Below are positions 47,399 through 56,749 of a stretch of 64,000 bases of DNA, one piece after another (positions within the stretch are counted from its first letter, which is position 1; each line of letters opens with the position of its first letter). The notes under the pieces were generated by a model. It was not told the origin of the DNA. It ran no database searches and was given only the letters and a program-made list of their open reading frames with translations. Source of the stretch: an uncultured Candidatus Binatia bacterium (GTDB lineage: Bacteria > Desulfobacterota > Binatia > UBA9968 > JAJDTQ01); contig OZ251459.1 in assembly GCA_965242525.1 (NCBI GenBank), positions 3,424,001 to 3,488,000 on the forward strand, written 5' to 3'. The position numbers and the translations under genes were made by a program.

Positions 47399-47764
47399 TT
47401 ACCGTCCGGTATCGTAGAGCCGATCCCACAGGATGGCCGGGATCAGGCAGTTGACCCCCACCGCGAACGAGAGCGCGTCCGGCGCCATGCGGGTCAACAA
47501 CATCCAGGAAGCTCCCAGCAGGAAGCCGAACTTGAGGACCAGCAGGGTCACCCCCGCCCGGACCCTTCCCTTGCTCGCGAACGGCGCGATCACCCACCTG
47601 ACGCCGACGGCCAGCAACAGGAAGTTCACGCCCATGAACAGCCCGCCCCACAGCAACCCGCCCGGCTCCACCCAATCCAGCGGGGCGAGGGCGAGCAGCG
47701 CAACCAGGAGCCCGTGCCAGAGGGCCACCCGCCACACCGGGAGTCCGCGGGACTCCCAACTCAC
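47399..47764 (-). CDS. atpI: ATP synthase protein I
   Basis: Four-TM small protein (GGLFMGVNFLLL, LKF) just upstream of atpB; GTG start overlaps the upstream stop. Confidence 0.75.
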   Translation of the reverse strand: MSWESRGLPVWRVALWHGLLVALLALAPLDWVEPGGLLWGGLFMGVNFLLLAVGVRWVIAPFASKGRVRAGVTLLVLKFGFLLGASWMLLTRMAPDALSFAVGVNCLIPAILWDRLYDTGR

Positions 47765-48036
47765 GGCCGCTCCGCGGAGAAGTGCCGCAACAGCAGCACG
47801 AGGCGGTAGAAGGCGATGGCCAGCCCCAGCAGGCCCAGCGCCAGCACCATCCACGGAGAACTGCCCAGGTATTGGTCCGCATAGTAACCGAGGACCAGAC
47901 CGGCTCCCACCGTGGAAGGGAACTCGAAGCCCACCGCCGTGTATTTGGCGGCTCGAAAGAGGACGGGACTCTTCCGGGGGGCTCCCTCCTGGCCCTCTCC
48001 CCGGCCTTCCCGACGGTCCTCCTGCTCACCGCTCAC
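47761..48036 (-). CDS. atpZ: AtpZ/AtpI family protein
   Basis: GLVLGYYADQYLGSSPW motif. Confidence 0.8.
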   Translation of the reverse strand: MSGEQEDRREGRGEGQEGAPRKSPVLFRAAKYTAVGFEFPSTVGAGLVLGYYADQYLGSSPWMVLALGLLGLAIAFYRLVLLLRHFSAERP

Positions 48037-48203
48037 TGGCTGGTTCTAGTAACATGCGGGCCTCCGCGGGTCAACGCCTGCGGGCATGGAGTCACTGCGC
48101 CAAGCCTTCCGCACGGCCCTTCCCCGGGCGTCGAGAAGAGCGCGGGGAGGCCTTCGGACATACTTTCCGGGTCTTCCGGCTTTCGTGTGGGTCAACGACC
48201 CCG

Positions 48204-49502
48204 TCAGCGGGAGCCTTCCCCCTCGGCCCAGTCGGCGAACGCCGCCGCGGTGGCGGCGATGTCCTCCTCGCTGTGGGCCAACGACAGGAACAGCGCCTCG
48301 AACTGCGACGGCGGCAGATAGACGCCTCGCTCCAGCATGCCATGGAAGAAGCGCGCAAAGCGCTCCCGGTCGCAACCCCGGGCGTGGTCGGCCCGGGCCA
48401 CCCGATCGGGGCCGAAGAACACCGTCAGCATGGAGCCTACGCGGTTCACCGTGCCCCGAAGGCCGGAGGAGGAGAACCCCGCCTCGAGCCCCTCCTCCAG
48501 CAGCCGCCCCTTCTCTTCCAGCTCCCGGTACGCCCCCGGCGCCTCCAACGCCTTCAGGGTGGCCAAGCCCGCGGCCACCGTCACCGGGTTCCCGGAAAGG
48601 GTGCCGGCCTGGTAAACCGGGCCCGCGGGCGCGAGGCAGCCCATGAGATCGCGCCGGCCGCCGAAGGCGCCCACCGGCAGCCCGCCCCCCAGGACCTTGC
48701 CCAGGCAGGTGAGGTCCGGGGTCACGCCGTACCGTTCCCGGGCTCCGCCCGGGGCCACGCGAAAACCGGTGATCACCTCGTCGAAGATCAGCACCGCGCC
48801 CCAGCGGGACGCCGACTCCCTCAAGGACTCGAGGAACCCGGGCTCCGGCGGGATCACGCCCATGTTGCCGCACACGGGCTCGACGATGACCGCGGCCAGC
48901 TCTTCGCGGTGCTCCCGCATCAGGCGCTCGGCGGAGCCCGCGTCGTTGAACTCGGCGACCAGGGTCTCGCCGGTGAAGCTCTCCGGGACTCCGGCGCTGT
49001 CCGGCAGGGACAGGCTGGCCACCCCCGATCCGGCCCTGGCCAGCAGCGCGTCCACGTGCCCGTGGTAGCAACCGTCGAACTTCAGCACCTTGGTCCTGCC
49101 TGTGTAGCCGCGCGCGACCCGCAGGGCGCTCATGGCGGCCTCGGTGCCCGAGTTGACCAGGCGCAGTTGCTCGATCCCCTCCATGCGCGCACCCACGAGC
49201 TCCGCCAACTCCAGCTCCCCCCTGGTCGGGGCGCCGAACCCGGCGCCCGCGGACGCGGCGCGGACGACGGCTTCCACCACGGGCGGAGGCGCGTGGCCCA
49301 GGATCAGCGGCCCCCAGGCGCACACGTAGTCCAGGTACCGGCGGCCGTCCTCGTCGAAGACCTTCGAGCCCGCCGCGCGCGCGATGTACAGGGGCTCGCC
49401 GCCCACCGCGCTCCATGCCCGAACCGGGCTGTTGACCCCTCCCGGCACGACCCGCCGGGAGCGCTCGAACAGCCCGGACGAAACCGAGTCAGCGCGGCCC
49501 AT
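48204..49502 (-). CDS. hemL: Glutamate-1-semialdehyde 2,1-aminomutase
   Basis: PGGVNSPVRA, NSGTEA, GCYHGH, FDEVITGFR, GKVLGGGLP, YQAGTLSGNP. Confidence 0.96.
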   Translation of the reverse strand: MGRADSVSSGLFERSRRVVPGGVNSPVRAWSAVGGEPLYIARAAGSKVFDEDGRRYLDYVCAWGPLILGHAPPPVVEAVVRAASAGAGFGAPTRGELELAELVGARMEGIEQLRLVNSGTEAAMSALRVARGYTGRTKVLKFDGCYHGHVDALLARAGSGVASLSLPDSAGVPESFTGETLVAEFNDAGSAERLMREHREELAAVIVEPVCGNMGVIPPEPGFLESLRESASRWGAVLIFDEVITGFRVAPGGARERYGVTPDLTCLGKVLGGGLPVGAFGGRRDLMGCLAPAGPVYQAGTLSGNPVTVAAGLATLKALEAPGAYRELEEKGRLLEEGLEAGFSSSGLRGTVNRVGSMLTVFFGPDRVARADHARGCDRERFARFFHGMLERGVYLPPSQFEALFLSLAHSEEDIAATAAAFADWAEGEGSR

Positions 49503-49755
49503 GACGCCTCCCGAAACGAGCCTCCGTCCGGTCCCGCGGGGCCTGCCCACCGCCCCGGCCACCGCTCCCCGACCCGCCGCCGATGCGGAACCTGTCGAGT
49601 TCCTTACGGAAAATCCGGGCGGCTCTTTTCCTCTTGCAATGCAGGAGAGAAAGCATTAAGAGAACTCCCTTCCCGGCGTCCCGAGTTGGTTCCGAAACAC
49701 ACTTTGGCGACAGGCTTGATCCGTATCGAAGCGAGGTCCCCGGGCCGGTTCGAGG

Positions 49756-49787
49756 TTATCCACATCTGTTGACAGGATTGTTGATAA
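49756..49787. promoter_or_regulatory. DnaA boxes upstream of dnaA
   Basis: TTATCCACA (49756-64), TGTTGACAG (49767-75), TGTTGATAA (49779-87). Confidence 0.85.
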
Positions 49788-49806
49788 CTGCCTCTTGCGC
49801 AAGCAC

Positions 49807-51141
49807 ATGGACACGATGAACCCGCTACCGCACGAGGTGCTGGAAAGGCTGGAGGAAAGGCTCGGCTTACACAATTTCGGCACCTGGATCAAACCGCTGC
49901 GGCTTGCCGGAGCCGACAACGGAGAGGTCACCATCGCGGTCCCCAGCACCCTCTTCCGCGACTGGCTCAAGGACAACTACCTGGACTGCATCGAGGAAGA
50001 GTTCCGCCGCCTTTCCGAACGGCCCGTGCGCGTCAAGCTGTCGGTCCGCCCGTCGCAGCGTCCCGGAAAAGGCGAAGGGGAGGCTCCCAACCCCGCCCGG
50101 AGACCGCGCCAGCGCGAACCGCGGACGACCCTGATCCCGCGCTACACCTTCGACAACTTCGTGGTGGGCGCGAGCAACCAGTTCGCCCACGCAGCCTGCG
50201 AGGCCGTCGCCGACAACCCCGCGGACCGCTACAACCCGCTCTTCGTCTATGGCGGCGTCGGCCTGGGCAAGACCCACCTGGTGAACGCGGTGGGGCACCG
50301 GCTGCTCCATCGAAACCCGCGCCAGAAGGTCATCTACACGACGTTCGAGTCGTTCATGAACCAGCTCATCGTCTCCGTGCGCGAGAACCGCATGAACGAG
50401 TTCAAGAACCACTTCCGCAACGTGGACGTGCTGATCGTGGACGACATCCAGTTCATCGCCGGCAAGGAACGGACCCAGGAGGAGTTCTTCCATACCTTCA
50501 ACTCCCTCTACGAGAACCGCAAGCAGATCATCGTGACGTCGGACCGTTTCCCCAAGGAGATCCCCGGTCTGGAGGACCGCCTCCGAAACCGCTTCGAGTG
50601 GGGTCTCGCCGCGGACATCCAGCCGCCGGACATCGAGACCCGGCTCGCCATACTGTGCAACAAGGCCGAGGCCGAAGCCATCGACCTGCCCCAGGACGTG
50701 GCCAACTTCCTGGCCACCAACATCTGGTCGAACATCCGGGAACTGGAAGGCGCCCTCACCCGCCTCGGGGCTTTCGCCTCGCTGAACAACGCCGACATCA
50801 CCATTTCCCTGGCCAAGGAGGTGCTGCGGCATACGCTCAGGGACAACGAGAAACAGATCACCGTGCGGAACATCCAGAACGTGGCCGCGGACCATTTCGA
50901 CGTCAAGGTGGGCGACCTCAAGTCCAAGCGACGCCCCAAGAACCTGGTCCTTGCCCGCCAAGTGGCCATGTACCTCTGCCGCAAGTTCACCTCGACTTCC
51001 TTTCCCGCCATCGGCGCCGAGTTCGGCGGCAGGGACCATTCGACGGTCATCCACGCAACCAAGGCCGTCGAGAAGAAGCTCCTGGGCGACTCCGAACTGA
51101 AGTCCACCGTGGACCGGATCGTGCGCCAACTCAAGAACTGA
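49807..51141 (+). CDS. dnaA: Chromosomal replication initiator
   Basis: YTFDNFVVG, YNPLFVYGGVGLGKTHL, DDIQF, QEEFFHTFN, NIRELEGAL, GGRDHSTVIHA. Confidence 0.98.
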   Translation: MDTMNPLPHEVLERLEERLGLHNFGTWIKPLRLAGADNGEVTIAVPSTLFRDWLKDNYLDCIEEEFRRLSERPVRVKLSVRPSQRPGKGEGEAPNPARRPRQREPRTTLIPRYTFDNFVVGASNQFAHAACEAVADNPADRYNPLFVYGGVGLGKTHLVNAVGHRLLHRNPRQKVIYTTFESFMNQLIVSVRENRMNEFKNHFRNVDVLIVDDIQFIAGKERTQEEFFHTFNSLYENRKQIIVTSDRFPKEIPGLEDRLRNRFEWGLAADIQPPDIETRLAILCNKAEAEAIDLPQDVANFLATNIWSNIRELEGALTRLGAFASLNNADITISLAKEVLRHTLRDNEKQITVRNIQNVAADHFDVKVGDLKSKRRPKNLVLARQVAMYLCRKFTSTSFPAIGAEFGGRDHSTVIHATKAVEKKLLGDSELKSTVDRIVRQLKN

Positions 51142-51330
51142 GTGGAAACCGCTGTGGGAAAACCGGGAAGCCTGTGGACATGCCGAGGGTTCCGCCGGGG
51201 GTCCGGCCGGCCAACGTGGAACACCGGGCGTTGCCGCGATTTGTTTTCCACCGAAAAGGTGTTTTAATGCCGGAGGGTTTCGAAGCCTATCCTGATATCC
51301 ACAGGCCCTACTATTACTCCTGTCTTCCTA
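51142..51330. other. oriC: oriC unwinding region (DnaA boxes, GC clamp, DnaA-trios)
   Basis: Degenerate boxes TGTGGGAAA (51153), TGTGGACAT (51173), ATATCCACA (51295), followed by GGCCC and TACTATTACT. Confidence 0.85.
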
Positions 51331-51376
51331 TGGATTCCCATGGAAGAGGATAGGGCCGCGTGATCCGGGAGGATAC

Positions 51377-52483
51377 ATGCACATCAAAGCCAAGCGGGAA
51401 GATTTGTCGGGCGCGTTGTACTGGACCCAGAGCACGGTGGAGCGGCGCAACACCATGCCGATCCTGGCCAACGTGCTGGTGGAGACCCACGCGAACCGGA
51501 TCCGGCTGACCGCAACGGACCTGGAGGTGGGGGTCCGGGCCGCCCTCGACGGGGAGATCGTCACCTCGGGCCGCATCACGTTGGACGCAAAGAAGCTCTA
51601 CGAGATCGTCCGCGAGCTGTCGGGCGACGCCATCGAATTGAAGCGACTGGAGAACGACCGGGTGGAGATCCAGTGCGGCAAGTCCGTGTTCAAGATGGTG
51701 GGGCTCGACGCCCAGGACTTCCCGGCCTTCGCCGCCATCCCCCAGGACGGGAAGAAGGAATGCCCGGCCCACGTCCTGAAGGAGATGATCGACAAGACCC
51801 TGTTCTCCATCTCCTCGGACGAGACCCGCTCCAACCTGAACGGCGCGCTGCTGCACGACCGCGAGGAGGCCCAGGTCCGGATGGTCACCACGGACGGCCA
51901 CCGGCTGTCGCTGGTGGAGAGGGAGATCGGACCGCTGGGCCTCGCCAAGGGAGTGATCATTCCGAGGAAGGGGCTGACCGAACTCAGGAGACTGCTGGAG
52001 GATTCGGGCGAAGACAGGGTCTCCATGGGTTTCTCCGACAACATGGCGTTCGTGTGGAGGGGCGACGTGGAGATGTCCATCCGGCTCATCGACGGGGAGT
52101 TTCCCGACTACGCGAGGGTCATACCGGCCGACAGCGCCAGCGAGGCCAACGTCTCCCAGAACAACTTCTTCCGCGCGTTGCGGCGGGTGGCGCTCCTGGC
52201 CAGCGACCGGTACCGCGGGGTGCGGGTGGAGTTCACCAGCGGGAACTTGGCCATCTCGGCCAACAACCCGGACCTGGGCGAGGCGGCCGAGGAAATGGAC
52301 GCGGAGTACGGCGGGGCGCGCATCTCCATCGGCTACAACGCCCAGTACCTGCTGGACGTCCTGGGCGTCCTGGAACCGGAGGACGTGGTGGTGATGGGCC
52401 TCAAGAACGACGAGAGCCCGACGCTGGTGAAGCGCAGCGGCGACGACAGGCTCCTGTACGTGGTGATGCCCATGAAGATCTGA
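51377..52483 (+). CDS. dnaN: DNA polymerase III beta clamp
   Basis: MPILANV, ATDLE, TTDGHRL, LIDGEFPDY, VVMPM. Confidence 0.97.
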   Translation: MHIKAKREDLSGALYWTQSTVERRNTMPILANVLVETHANRIRLTATDLEVGVRAALDGEIVTSGRITLDAKKLYEIVRELSGDAIELKRLENDRVEIQCGKSVFKMVGLDAQDFPAFAAIPQDGKKECPAHVLKEMIDKTLFSISSDETRSNLNGALLHDREEAQVRMVTTDGHRLSLVEREIGPLGLAKGVIIPRKGLTELRRLLEDSGEDRVSMGFSDNMAFVWRGDVEMSIRLIDGEFPDYARVIPADSASEANVSQNNFFRALRRVALLASDRYRGVRVEFTSGNLAISANNPDLGEAAEEMDAEYGGARISIGYNAQYLLDVLGVLEPEDVVVMGLKNDESPTLVKRSGDDRLLYVVMPMKI

Positions 52484-52557
52484 CCGGGGCTCCCTCGCGT
52501 CCGAACCGGAAAGACGCGCCGGTCAGGAAAGAATCGCCCGGAACCATCCCTGTTGCC

Positions 52558-53064
52558 ATGGCGGAGACGGCCCACGCCAAGAGGAGCCTCGAGTCGGTGT
52601 CCTGCTTCGTGGTCACGGTGAGCGACACCCGCGACCGGGCCTCGGACCGGAGCGGCGCCCTCATCCAGCGGCTGCTGGAGGAGAACGGCCACAGGGTGGC
52701 GGGCTACGAGATCGTCAGGGACGAGCCCGAAGACATCCGCGCCCTGCTGCGGAAGGCCTTGGCCGCGGAAGCGGTGGACGCGGTGCTGTTGAACGGCGGC
52801 ACCGGCATCGCGCCCAGGGACGGGACCTACGAGGTCGTCAGCGGCGTGCTGGACAAGCGCATCGAGGGGTTCGGGGAGCTGTTCCGTTTCCTGAGCTACC
52901 AGGACATCGGCGCCGGGGCCATGCTGAGCCGGGCCGTGGCCGGGGCCGCGGGCTCCCGGGTGGTGGTGTCGCTGCCGGGGTCGCGGGGTGCGGTGGAGCT
53001 GGCCATGACCAAGCTCCTGCTGCCGCAGTTGGGCCACATGGTCGCCCAGGTCCGGGGGCTATGA
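52558..53064 (+). CDS. moaB: Molybdenum cofactor biosynthesis protein B (MoaB/MogA)
   Basis: VTVSDTR, DRSG, GGTGIAPRD, GFGELFR, AMLSRA, LPGS. Confidence 0.92.
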   Translation: MAETAHAKRSLESVSCFVVTVSDTRDRASDRSGALIQRLLEENGHRVAGYEIVRDEPEDIRALLRKALAAEAVDAVLLNGGTGIAPRDGTYEVVSGVLDKRIEGFGELFRFLSYQDIGAGAMLSRAVAGAAGSRVVVSLPGSRGAVELAMTKLLLPQLGHMVAQVRGL

Positions 53065-53306
53065 GGGTCCGGGTCAAGCTCTTCGCCATGCTGCGGGAAC
53101 GGGCCGGGGCCGCGGACGCGGTCCACGACGTCCCCGAGGGCAGCACCGTGGACGACCTGTGGGACCGGCTCCTGCGGGACCACCAGAGACTCTCCGGCGT
53201 CGAGTGGACGCTCCTCTACGCGGTCAACGGCGAATACGTGGAGCGGCATCGGCGGCTGGCGGAGGGCGACGAGGTGGCGTTCATCCCGCCGGTGAGCGGA
53301 GGGTAG
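53061..53306 (+). CDS. moaD: Molybdopterin synthase sulfur carrier
   Basis: VKLFAMLRE, AVNGEY, PPVSGG C-terminus. Confidence 0.93.
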   Translation: MRVRVKLFAMLRERAGAADAVHDVPEGSTVDDLWDRLLRDHQRLSGVEWTLLYAVNGEYVERHRRLAEGDEVAFIPPVSGG

Positions 53307-53310
53307 CCCG

Positions 53311-53793
53311 GTGTACCGGCTTACGGACCAACCCATCGACGTGCAGGAGTTGACCGCCTTCGTGGGCGACCCCGAGGCCGGCGCGGTGGCCACGTTCATC
53401 GGCGCCACCCGGGACCACAACGAAGGCCGGTCCGTGGTGTCCCTGGACTACGAGGCCTACCCCGGCATGGCCGAGCGGGAGATGGCCCGGCTCGGGGCCG
53501 AGGCCGGCGCCAAGTGGCGGATCACCCGCATCGCCATGGTCCACCGCATCGGCAACGTGCCCATCGGCGAGGCCAGCGTGGCCATCGCGGTGTCGGCGCC
53601 GCACCGGGACGACGCGTTCCGGGCGTGCCGGTACGCCATCGACGAGTTGAAGAAGCGCGTGCCCATCTGGAAGAAGGAGATCTACCGGGGCGGCGAGGTC
53701 TGGATCGGCACCCAGACCGGCCGGCGCTTCACCGACGCGGACCGCATGGGCTCCGAAGACCAAGGCCGACGAGCAGGAAGGTCATCGCAATGA
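53311..53793 (+). CDS. moaE: Molybdopterin synthase catalytic subunit
   Basis: GAVATFIG, YEAYPGMA, HRIG, APHR, LKKRVPIWKKE. Confidence 0.95.
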   Translation: MYRLTDQPIDVQELTAFVGDPEAGAVATFIGATRDHNEGRSVVSLDYEAYPGMAEREMARLGAEAGAKWRITRIAMVHRIGNVPIGEASVAIAVSAPHRDDAFRACRYAIDELKKRVPIWKKEIYRGGEVWIGTQTGRRFTDADRMGSEDQGRRAGRSSQ

Positions 53794-53879
53794 TCATCGC
53801 CGCAATCATACTCATCGTTCTTTTGGCGCTGGCTATCTGGTTCGTGGGAGATTGGGATGAAGATGAAGATGGAGATTGA
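53790..53879 (+). CDS. 29-aa single-TM peptide with acidic tail
   Basis: ATGA-coupled to the moaE stop; MIIAAIILIVLLALAIWFVGDWDEDEDGD. Confidence 0.55.
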   Translation: MIIAAIILIVLLALAIWFVGDWDEDEDGD

Positions 53880-53912
53880 GCTTCCGGCGGCTTCGCGCCG
53901 GCGGCTGGCCGA

Positions 53913-54650
53913 CTACCGGCCGTCCTCCATGCGGAAGACGGCCTGGGCCGGCAGGTTCTCCAGGAGGCAGTCCACGGCGCCGTCGAGGTAGCCGCGGTCC
54001 TTGGACTCCACCGTGACCCGCACCTTGTAGTCCGGGTTGTCCAGCACCGGATAGGAGCCCAGCAGGATCTCGGGGAACCGTTCCAGCACGTGGTTGAGGG
54101 TCGCGGCGATGACGCCCTCGCCGTCCCTGACGTAGATGTTCCTCAGGTGGAACGGGGCCTCGCGGAAGCGCTCCTTGATGGCGTGGAAGCGTTCCTGGAG
54201 GATCCGCGGCACGCCGGCGAAGACGTAAACGTTCCGGAGCCGGATGACCGGAGCGAACAGCGCCCCGCCGCCCAGGAGCTCGGCGCCCTCCGGAACCATG
54301 GCCATGCGCAGCCGCGCCGGGTTGATGTCGGCGCCGTACCTCTCTGCCAGCCGCCGACGGAGTTGCGGGTGGATGACCGCGGGGGTCCCGAACCCCTGGG
54401 CGATGCCTTCGATGGTGACGTCGTCGTGGGTGGGGCCCACGCCGCCGGTGGTGAACACCAGGTCCCACTTGTCCGAGTAGCGCGCCGCGGTCCGCCCGAT
54501 CAGCTCGCGCTCGTCCGGTATCACTGTGACCCGTTGCACGTCCACGCCGAGGAGCCGCAACTCGCGGCAAAGGAAGGTCGAGTTGATGTCCTGGGTCTTT
54601 CCCGACAGGACCTCGTTGCCGATGATGATGATGCCCGCGGTCTTCGACAT
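53913..54650 (-). CDS. CinA-like molybdopterin-binding domain protein
   Basis: IIIGNEVLSGKTQDIN, TGGVGPTHDDVT, GVP, GSYP. Confidence 0.9.
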   Translation of the reverse strand: MSKTAGIIIIGNEVLSGKTQDINSTFLCRELRLLGVDVQRVTVIPDERELIGRTAARYSDKWDLVFTTGGVGPTHDDVTIEGIAQGFGTPAVIHPQLRRRLAERYGADINPARLRMAMVPEGAELLGGGALFAPVIRLRNVYVFAGVPRILQERFHAIKERFREAPFHLRNIYVRDGEGVIAATLNHVLERFPEILLGSYPVLDNPDYKVRVTVESKDRGYLDGAVDCLLENLPAQAVFRMEDGR

Positions 54651-54721
54651 GGCGCAGACCATAACATGAGACGACGCCGGCCGGCAAAGAAGCGTTGGAT
54701 TGGCAGGGAGGGTCTGGACGG

Positions 54722-55462
54722 ATGAACGGGACGGAGAAGTTCCTGATCGACGTGGCGTATCCGTACTGGGAGACCGAGGCCGAGATCGCCCGGCGGTTCT
54801 TCCGGGGCAACCCCACCCGGGAGCAGCACATCTACTGGCTCAAGGCCCAGCTATGGAAGGAGCTGCACCCGGTGGACGGTTACTTCAGCGGCCTCCACCG
54901 GGAGCTGGCGAACCTCGTGGACCTGTTCCCGGAAGTCGATCGGACCGTCGATCGGCGTCACTACCACGGGCTCATGGAGCAGTTGGTGCAGGAGTTCAAC
55001 CACTACGTGCTCCAGGCCGACATCCTGGAGTACCTCCTCCGCCGCAAGATCGGCTCGGACGACACCGTCCGGTTGCCCCAGGAGAAGGCCCTCGGCGACC
55101 TCCGCCGCAGCCTGGTTTCCGGCTCCGCGGCGGAGAAGGCCGCGGTGCTGGTGACCGAAGGGGGAGGGGCGAGGCTCTTCCGCGAGGGCCGCAAGCTCAA
55201 GGGCGGCGTGCTCGAGCGCAAGATCGCTGCGGCCATGGAGGTCATCTACCGGGACGAGAAGAACCACTACCGGGCGGCGGCCCGGGAGGCCGCGGCCTCG
55301 GTGGGCGGCCGAGGCGACCTCCGGGTGATGAAGCGGGCCATCGAGCGGGTCAGCCTCCAGCGAGTCCACATGAGGAACGAGATGTTCCTGTTCCCGTTGT
55401 CGGGAGCGGACATCCGCCGGGGCCTGGAACGGTTCCGCCGAGTCGAAGGGACCGGGCCATAA
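54722..55462 (+). CDS. Hypothetical protein, ferritin-like (two ExxH motifs)
   Basis: QEFNH ... TEGGG ... DEKNH; GGGAGGG RBS. Confidence 0.7.
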   Translation: MNGTEKFLIDVAYPYWETEAEIARRFFRGNPTREQHIYWLKAQLWKELHPVDGYFSGLHRELANLVDLFPEVDRTVDRRHYHGLMEQLVQEFNHYVLQADILEYLLRRKIGSDDTVRLPQEKALGDLRRSLVSGSAAEKAAVLVTEGGGARLFREGRKLKGGVLERKIAAAMEVIYRDEKNHYRAAAREAAASVGGRGDLRVMKRAIERVSLQRVHMRNEMFLFPLSGADIRRGLERFRRVEGTGP

Positions 55463-55588
55463 GCGCTCCCTTCGACTTCGCTACGCTCGGGACGAACGGG
55501 GACGATGGTTCAGGGTTTCCGGAAGTCCAACCGGAAAGGGACCCCACTGCACGGCTCGCAGCAGGTTCCTGCATGCCCGGACAGGCTT

Positions 55589-56389
55589 CTAGGGCCTGCC
55601 GGTCTGGTGGGGCCTGGGGCCGACGCAGACCCCGCGGCGGGACGAGCGGATGAAGTCCAGCAGCGCCCGGATGTCCCCGGAGGAGTCGGACAGGGTCGCT
55701 TCGAGCTCCTTTACCGCGGCGCCCAGGTTCCGCCTCTTGCGGAAGAGGATCTGGAAGGCGTTCTTCAGGACCCGTATCCTGGCCTCGTCGAAACCGGCCC
55801 GGCGCAGGCCCACGACGTTCAGCCCGCGCACCGTGTGCTGCCAGTCGATGATGGAGAACGGGGGAACGTCCCGGCTGGTGACGCTGCCGCCGCGCATGAG
55901 GGCCACCCGTCCGATGCGGACGAACTGGTGCACCGCGCAACTCGCCGAGATGACGGCGCAGTCGTCCACCTCCACGTAGCCGCCCAGCACCGCGTTGTTG
56001 GTCAGGATGACGCGGTTGCCCAGACGGCAGTTGTGAGCCACGTGGGAGTTGGCCATCAGGAAGTTGTCGTCGCCGATGACCGTGGCCGAATCGGGCGCGG
56101 TGCCCCGGTGGACCTGGACCCCTTCGCGGAAGACGTTGCGGTGGCCGATCCGAAGGTAGGACTTGGCGCCCCCATAGGACAGGTCCTGGGGCGCGTCGCC
56201 CAGAACCGCGCCACTGTGCACCCGGTTCCGTTCGCCCACCTCGGTCCAGCCCATGACGATGGCGTGGGGCATGAGCCGCGTCCCGGCGCCGATCCTGGCC
56301 GGACCGTCCACCACCGCATAGGGTCCCAACTCGGCGTCGGGATGGATTTCGGCCCGTGGGTCCACCACGGCTGTAGGATGGATCGGCAT
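55589..56389 (-). CDS. lpxA: UDP-N-acetylglucosamine acyltransferase
   Basis: IHPTAVVD, PQDLSY, RE..HRGT, HVAHNC, VHQFVRIG, GLNVVGLRR. Confidence 0.93.
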   Translation of the reverse strand: MPIHPTAVVDPRAEIHPDAELGPYAVVDGPARIGAGTRLMPHAIVMGWTEVGERNRVHSGAVLGDAPQDLSYGGAKSYLRIGHRNVFREGVQVHRGTAPDSATVIGDDNFLMANSHVAHNCRLGNRVILTNNAVLGGYVEVDDCAVISASCAVHQFVRIGRVALMRGGSVTSRDVPPFSIIDWQHTVRGLNVVGLRRAGFDEARIRVLKNAFQILFRKRRNLGAAVKELEATLSDSSGDIRALLDFIRSSRRGVCVGPRPHQTGRP

Positions 56390-56401
56390 GGACGCCTTGC
56401 G

Positions 56402-56590
56402 TCATCGACGGTCGGGTTCGTCGATGGGCTGCGACTCCTCTTCCGGTTCGTCGCCGGCGATGCGGTACGTCCCCTCCGCCCAGGCGCCGAGGTCGAGGTA
56501 TCGACAACGCTCCGAACAGAAGGGCCGGTGGGGGTTGTCGGCCCAGGGGGCGTCAGCGCGGCAGACGGGGCACTTGACCAGGGTCGGCAT
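56402..56590 (-). CDS. yacG: DNA gyrase inhibitor
   Basis: CPVC...RPFCSERCRYLDLGAWAEGTYRI. Confidence 0.92.
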   Translation of the reverse strand: MPTLVKCPVCRADAPWADNPHRPFCSERCRYLDLGAWAEGTYRIAGDEPEEESQPIDEPDRR

Positions 56591-56749
56591 TCTGTAACGG
56601 GCCGCGGGGGTGGATCGCGTTGCCGCGGCTCCCAGTATCGTGTAGCCTCTCCCTTTTGAGTAACAGTTCGACCACGGTTTTTCAAAACCTTCGCGGCAAG
56701 GAAGGGGGGTCGAGGGCGCGGGCCGGCGAAGGCACGGAGCAGCAAGGCC

